From contig NC_021219.1 of NCBI RefSeq assembly GCF_000392435.1, forward strand, positions 870,001 to 902,000: a DNA stretch of 32,000 nucleotides, given 5' to 3'. This DNA is from Candidatus Saccharimonas aalborgensis (GTDB lineage: Bacteria > Patescibacteriota > Saccharimonadia > Saccharimonadales > Saccharimonadaceae). Below the pieces are notes generated by a model. The model was not told where the DNA came from and searched no databases. It saw nothing but the letters and a program-made list of their open reading frames with translations. Positions 27,253-32,000 of the stretch are shown here, piece by piece. A program made the position numbers and the translations under genes. The first letter of the stretch is position 1. Every line of letters starts with the position of its first letter.

Positions 27253-28607
27253 AGCTGCAGTTCCTTATACGCCTTCTGCATGAGAGTCACCATAAGTTGA
27301 TAATCCGCGGAAGTTGCCGCTTTTTGATTCTTGTAGAGGTAGATGATATTGTCAGTGACTTCGATGCATATATTGCCATCTGTGTCATAGAGATAGGCCA
27401 TAAATCCAGGATTGAGTAGTTCAAACGTCGCTAGGCGATCGGCGTCAGTAGCATATACATCATAGCGCTTATTGAAGTCCGGCCACTCAAACTCGTATTT
27501 GGTGTAGCCTTTTGGTGCTCCGTCTCCAAAGAGATTTTTGTTAAATATATTTCCTGATTTTGGACGAATCCAGATACCGCCATATGATTTTGGGACGCAG
27601 ATCTGGGCAACGATTTTTGGTAAGACAGTACTATCGCTCGGCATAAGGCTCAGTGTGTAGAATTGTACGAGGTATTTGTCCCACATGCCAATAACGTGGT
27701 TGTTGACATCACTTTTGCCGAACTTGCCGTTACCCAGAAGTTGACCATATCGTGGTAAGAACAGCCACCCCATGTCAAGCGAATAATACATGTTGTTTGC
27801 AGCCGCAAAGGCAGCGAGCTGATTATCCGCTAGCGATTTATCCGCTGTGCTTTGTTCGATATGATCAAGCAGCCACGAAGATTGGTTGCGCTGAAATGTC
27901 CAATATTCTGTGAAGCTAGAAGCATCTCGGAATAGCTGTGTATTTGATGCAGTATCAATGAGAATATCGTCAGCAGTTGCCTCTATGGCAACAGTAAAAC
28001 TATCTTTGGTGTTGTCGGCGTCATCATGAATATCGATAATTTCGCAGCGAAGTATAGTAGGGTTTCCTACGACATTTTGTCGTCCTAACTGTAGCAGTGC
28101 GAGCATCAGTAAGTAAGCATGGTAGGTATATCGCTGGGTCGCGTAGGTCTTAATTCGGCCCGTATCACCTTTTGACCAATCAGACTGATATGCCATGAAT
28201 ACCTGCTGTGCATATGAGACGAGTGAGGCCTCATCCCATGCATTGTCAGTTTGTGCGGCGGAAGACAATTTTTGTTTTGCGGCTTTTCTTCGTTTGGAGA
28301 GTTTATCCCATATATCAAAGAATGCCGAGTGCCAGCCGAGCCAAATACCAATGATGACGAGTGTCATGAACCACCACATTGCGCCACCGGCTACAATGCC
28401 AATGATAAATAGAATGATTGAAAACACGGTTGCACAGGCGGCGCTAATGATAAGCTCCAGTGTGCGCGGAAAGAGTTTCTTGACAAGTTTACCGAGATAA
28501 TAACTTGGGATATAGCCCACGATAGCAAGTCCCATATCACCGCCGCCACCTCCACTGGAGCCCCCTCCTCCGCTTCGAGCGAAGTGCAATAAGACGTTGT
28601 AATCCAT
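27249..28607 (-). CDS. Membrane protein paralog 2 (same architecture)
   Basis: MDYNVLLHFARSGGGGSSGGGGGDMG..., SFTEYWTFQRNQSSWLLDHIEQSTAD...; near-identical C-terminal segment YTKYEFEWPDFNKRYDVYATDADRLATFELLNPGFMAYLYDTD. ATG at 28607, 7 nt after TATAAT. Confidence 0.75.
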   Translation of the reverse strand: MDYNVLLHFARSGGGGSSGGGGGDMGLAIVGYIPSYYLGKLVKKLFPRTLELIISAACATVFSIILFIIGIVAGGAMWWFMTLVIIGIWLGWHSAFFDIWDKLSKRRKAAKQKLSSAAQTDNAWDEASLVSYAQQVFMAYQSDWSKGDTGRIKTYATQRYTYHAYLLMLALLQLGRQNVVGNPTILRCEIIDIHDDADNTKDSFTVAIEATADDILIDTASNTQLFRDASSFTEYWTFQRNQSSWLLDHIEQSTADKSLADNQLAAFAAANNMYYSLDMGWLFLPRYGQLLGNGKFGKSDVNNHVIGMWDKYLVQFYTLSLMPSDSTVLPKIVAQICVPKSYGGIWIRPKSGNIFNKNLFGDGAPKGYTKYEFEWPDFNKRYDVYATDADRLATFELLNPGFMAYLYDTDGNICIEVTDNIIYLYKNQKAATSADYQLMVTLMQKAYKELQL

Positions 28608-28665
28608 AGCCACTATTATACGCTAGTGTTGCTAGTTTTGGCGCGGTATACGATAATTAGAACAA

Positions 28666-29154
28666 ATGAATGATGACATATACGATGATCTTGCCCTCGA
28701 GCGAAGTGCCAAACAGGAGTTTGGTGTCGATATAGAGATAGAAAAGGTCATTGTGCGCGGAATAAGTGTCGGACATTCGGCGCGTGCGACGGTACTGTTA
28801 TCAAAAAAGAAACAACTCTATTGCTATATATACGGTCATTCAAAACTGTTGCTCAACGATGTCAAAAAAATAGCTGCACGCATGGGAATTGTCGTCGAAC
28901 TGTATTTTCCACCAAAAGGACGACCAAATTATTTTGATGATATTGGCCGCGAACGCTTTTCGTTGGTATTTCCTGGACGAAAAGAAATTCATGAGTCAGA
29001 CATCGTGTTTTATCGCACGCTTGCCCCCTACAACCCCGCACTTCTATTAGTACGGGAAATACGCGAGGGTCACATTTATCAGGCAGATAGTGATGCTCGC
29101 AGCGGTTGGCGTGTGGCGACGAAGTTTGCCTATCGGCGGATTAAGACAAGCTAA
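28666..29154 (+). CDS. Hypothetical protein (162 aa)
   Basis: MNDDIYDDLALERSAKQEFGVDIEIEKVIVRGISVGHSARATVLLSKKKQLYCYIYGHSKLLL...; GATAAT 8 nt before the ATG. Confidence 0.7.
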   Translation: MNDDIYDDLALERSAKQEFGVDIEIEKVIVRGISVGHSARATVLLSKKKQLYCYIYGHSKLLLNDVKKIAARMGIVVELYFPPKGRPNYFDDIGRERFSLVFPGRKEIHESDIVFYRTLAPYNPALLLVREIREGHIYQADSDARSGWRVATKFAYRRIKTS

Positions 29155-29155
29155 A

Positions 29156-29842
29156 TTAGTTTTCAAACACGCATTTTCCTATAGCTGTACCGGCAGTAAT
29201 ATAATTCCCAGGCATAAACTTAAGACGCTGCCCATACTTACCTTGATAAATGTGCCAACGACCATCTTCTTTTGAATGATACGCAAGCGTATATGAACTA
29301 TAGCTACTAGGAGTATCACCTGCTATCTTATAAATAGTATCGGTAGAATTGCAGGCCATGCCGCCACCTGGCGAAGTAATTGACACGCCAGAAGAGCACC
29401 CCGTTCCGCAACCTGCATTTGGATATTGTCCTAATTGTCCCCAATAGTATACACCATATGTTAGGTAGGTGCCATTAATCGGTGTCGTTGAAGTATTTCC
29501 GAGAACAGTCCCAAGACTTTCTAGGCCTGGCATAGATGCAATTGTTGACGAAGTAGTATTTGAATAGATTGCAGTTGATGTAGTAGTGACTGTAGATTGG
29601 TTAGCACGACAACCTGAAGCGACCGTACTTAGTGAGCAACCCGTCGGATATTCACCATATTTATCATAATATTTATCGAATGTAGTCATAATAGCTATGA
29701 TTAAAGTCCGTTGACTGGCATCGTATGCTTGTGCTTGTACCTTGTTAAACGCCAAAATACTCAAGCTTGCAAGGATGGCGATGACTGCGACAACAACAGC
29801 AACTTCAACGAGAGTAAAACCGCGAATACGCTTGTGCTTCAT
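29156..29842 (-). CDS. Type IV pilin / pseudopilin
   Basis: MKHKRIRGFTLVEVAVVVAVIAILASLSILAFNKVQAQA: canonical G^FTLVE prepilin signal; Cys-containing C-terminal head. Confidence 0.9.
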   Translation of the reverse strand: MKHKRIRGFTLVEVAVVVAVIAILASLSILAFNKVQAQAYDASQRTLIIAIMTTFDKYYDKYGEYPTGCSLSTVASGCRANQSTVTTTSTAIYSNTTSSTIASMPGLESLGTVLGNTSTTPINGTYLTYGVYYWGQLGQYPNAGCGTGCSSGVSITSPGGGMACNSTDTIYKIAGDTPSSYSSYTLAYHSKEDGRWHIYQGKYGQRLKFMPGNYITAGTAIGKCVFEN

Positions 29843-29854
29843 GTCTTTAGTGTA

Positions 29855-31168
29855 TCACAGTAACGCGCGCTGTAAATCAAGTACGATGAGATGTTCAATA
29901 TGAGGTGTCCGCGGGAAGAAATTATACCCTTGATGATGCGCAATACCGTATGCTGCCGCTAATAGCGCAACATCACGTGCCTGAGTAGTAGGATTACAGC
30001 TGAGATAGATAATTCTCTGTGGTCTCGAGGAAAGTAGTCTGGTGATGAGGTCTCGGTGGAGTCCTGTGCGGGGTGGATCTACGATAACGGTTGTGTGCGG
30101 CTTAATGTAGTCGAGCGATTTTTCGCTCGGCGCAAGGACGGCTTTGGCATTGCTCTCTAGGCGTTCAATGTTCCGTTTCATTTCTCTAACGGCATTTTCA
30201 TCAATCTCGATCAATGTACACTCGTTACCACCTATCGTAAGCCCGATGGTACCGACCCCACTATAGAGATCGATCGTCTGTGTGTCAGCAACGACCCATC
30301 GCTTTAGGTCATGGAGCACTTGTTCGTAAACAGGAAGATTTATTTGGAAAAAACTCTCCGCGGCGTAATTAAATGGAACGCCAAGGAGAATATCTGAGAG
30401 AGCTATGTCTCCGTATTGAGCTAACCGTTTGGTAATACGACTGGCGGGGCTTTTGGGGTCGCTATAGATAAGCTCTCCGCCCTGAGCTGTTAGGTTTGAA
30501 GCTTCCTTGGTGGTGATAATGTCTGGATTAACTTCTTTTAGATAAAGTTGCCAGACACACTGGCCTGATTGATCACAACGAATAAGAAGAGTTTTGAGCT
30601 GACGTGCTGTCACTTTCTTGGCACGTAAAAGATCGCGAATCTCTTTTGCGAGTTTCATCATTGAATCGGGTATGAGTGAGCACTCCTCGATCGTGATTTT
30701 ACCTTTTGAGCCGCGTCTAAAGAATGCTAGATCAAGTGTTTCATCTCCGTCTTTATCACAGTCACTGTACCAGCTGAACTCGACTTTATTGCGATAGTGA
30801 TCGATATGTCCGTCACTATACATTTCGATAGGATTTGGGAGGACTATGTCATGTAGCTCAAATGCTTCTTCAACCAATGCGGCTTTGTAATGTTGCTCGG
30901 CCGAGAATTTCATGAATTGCCATGGGCTAGTACTAAGATAACTATCGGGGTCCGCTGGTGAAATACGTTCAGTCGAGGGCGTTTTAATCTCTGAGACAAC
31001 TCCTTCGACAAAACGAGATTTCTTTTTTGTGATCCGAAACGCAACAGTTTCACCAGGGAGCCCGCCCCACACGAGTGCTTTGCGCCCGTCATCGAGCGTG
31101 CCAAGTGCCTGTCCCCCACCGATGATAGTATCGAGCAGGACGGTGTAGTAGAGAGCAGGTTTTGTCAT
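29855..31168 (-). CDS. TrmA/RumA-family RNA (uracil-C5)-methyltransferase
   Basis: TRAM-like N-terminus, AAESFFQINLPVYEQ, DLYSGVGTIGLTI, VDPPRTGLHRDL, IIYLSCNPTTQARD. Confidence 0.88.
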   Translation of the reverse strand: MTKPALYYTVLLDTIIGGGQALGTLDDGRKALVWGGLPGETVAFRITKKKSRFVEGVVSEIKTPSTERISPADPDSYLSTSPWQFMKFSAEQHYKAALVEEAFELHDIVLPNPIEMYSDGHIDHYRNKVEFSWYSDCDKDGDETLDLAFFRRGSKGKITIEECSLIPDSMMKLAKEIRDLLRAKKVTARQLKTLLIRCDQSGQCVWQLYLKEVNPDIITTKEASNLTAQGGELIYSDPKSPASRITKRLAQYGDIALSDILLGVPFNYAAESFFQINLPVYEQVLHDLKRWVVADTQTIDLYSGVGTIGLTIGGNECTLIEIDENAVREMKRNIERLESNAKAVLAPSEKSLDYIKPHTTVIVDPPRTGLHRDLITRLLSSRPQRIIYLSCNPTTQARDVALLAAAYGIAHHQGYNFFPRTPHIEHLIVLDLQRALL

Positions 31169-31177
31169 CTGTTTATT

Positions 31178-32000
31178 TTAGCGCGGAATAAACGAATAGA
31201 ACAGCACTAGGCTAGCTGCTGCCATCAAGATAAACGCGGCAAATACGCCCGCGTTGCTCCAGCGAGAGTTTTTGTATTCTCCCATAATGTCGGGATTGTT
31301 GCCAACGCGCCATATCATGTACAGAAGCGGAACCGATGCAACCGCGTTGAATACAGCAGTAAAGATCAACGCTTGAATAGGATCGATGCCGATGATATTT
31401 ATGAGCAGGCCTGCAAATGTGGCGAGGGCGATAATGCCATAAAAGCCATGCGCTTTTTTGAACTTGCGGTACAGCCCTTCTTTAATCCCGAGTGCTTCGC
31501 TGATGGCATAACTGGATGAGCCGGCCAGGACAGGTACGGCGAGCAGGCCGATGCCGATGATACCGACGCTAAAGAGCAGTTTGGCGACAAGGCCGGCATT
31601 TGGGAAGCCTTGCACGAGTGGCTCAAGTGCTGCTGCTGCGTCCTGGGCATTATTGATTTGACCGATATGTCCGTGCAGCGCTGCGGCACACGCAACAACA
31701 ATAAACCAGGCAGAAATGCTGGCCAAACTCATACCGGCGATATTGTCGAGGCGTATCTTGTGGATAAAACGTTTGCTGATATGCGGCTTAGCACCCGTCG
31801 AGAGGTTGCTAATGCGATGAGTCTCAACCTCATCCTCGACGACCTCGCCTGTATTCCAAAAGAAAAGATAGGGGCTAATAGTAGTGCCCAGGATACCAAC
31901 GATGATATAAATCGTATCTTTGTTTATCGTGACATTGGGGATGAAGGTGCTTTGAAACACTTCTCCCCAGTTCTGGACAACCATAAATGAGGTAACAGGA
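31178..32000 (-). CDS. NRAMP-family divalent metal transporter (partial, continues past right edge)
   Basis: GTTISPYLFFWNTGEVVEDE...LRLDNIAGM-like region, multiple TM helices; frame is open through base 32000 on the minus strand. Confidence 0.85.
   Translation of the reverse strand, partial: PVTSFMVVQNWGEVFQSTFIPNVTINKDTIYIIVGILGTTISPYLFFWNTGEVVEDEVETHRISNLSTGAKPHISKRFIHKIRLDNIAGMSLASISAWFIVVACAAALHGHIGQINNAQDAAAALEPLVQGFPNAGLVAKLLFSVGIIGIGLLAVPVLAGSSSYAISEALGIKEGLYRKFKKAHGFYGIIALATFAGLLINIIGIDPIQALIFTAVFNAVASVPLLYMIWRVGNNPDIMGEYKNSRWSNAGVFAAFILMAAASLVLFYSFIPR

Overview
The window looks like a chromosome segment of a candidate phylum radiation (Saccharibacteria/TM7-like) bacterium. This is inferred from the gene set and streamlined layout; no database search was possible. 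Core content: pyrH, two GT2 glycosyltransferases, smpB, an AAA+ ATPase with a partner gene, a glutaredoxin, a type-IV-pilin-like/RCC1 beta-propeller fusion, an F0F1 ATP synthase locus (atpI-like, atpB-E-F-H-A-[orf]-G-[orf]-D // C), a Dus-family enzyme, a tRNA-Gly(GCC), a UvrD/PcrA helicase with a RecB-like nuclease end, two tandem paralogous membrane proteins, a pseudopilin, a TrmA/RumA-family methyltransferase and an NRAMP transporter. Four signals go beyond routine annotation. (1) Several small, GC-rich, single-gene cassettes sit between the native genes, each with a near-consensus sigma70-type promoter (mostly exactly 17 bp spacing), strong Shine-Dalgarno, often a structured leader and strong hairpins. 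One splits atpD from atpC. (2) A ~115-130 nt multibranched inverted-repeat element occurs three times (3711-3836, 18914-19031, 20948-21079), always just downstream of a stop codon (smpB, atpD, dus) in the same relative orientation, with an outer stem that covaries. (3) About 14 native genes have a TANNNT-like -10 box only 6-10 nt before the ATG, suggesting pervasive leaderless transcription, in contrast with the cassettes. (4) A tRNA-Gly(GCC) with an expanded 26-nt variable region is bracketed by long perfect hairpins and an 18-bp palindrome.
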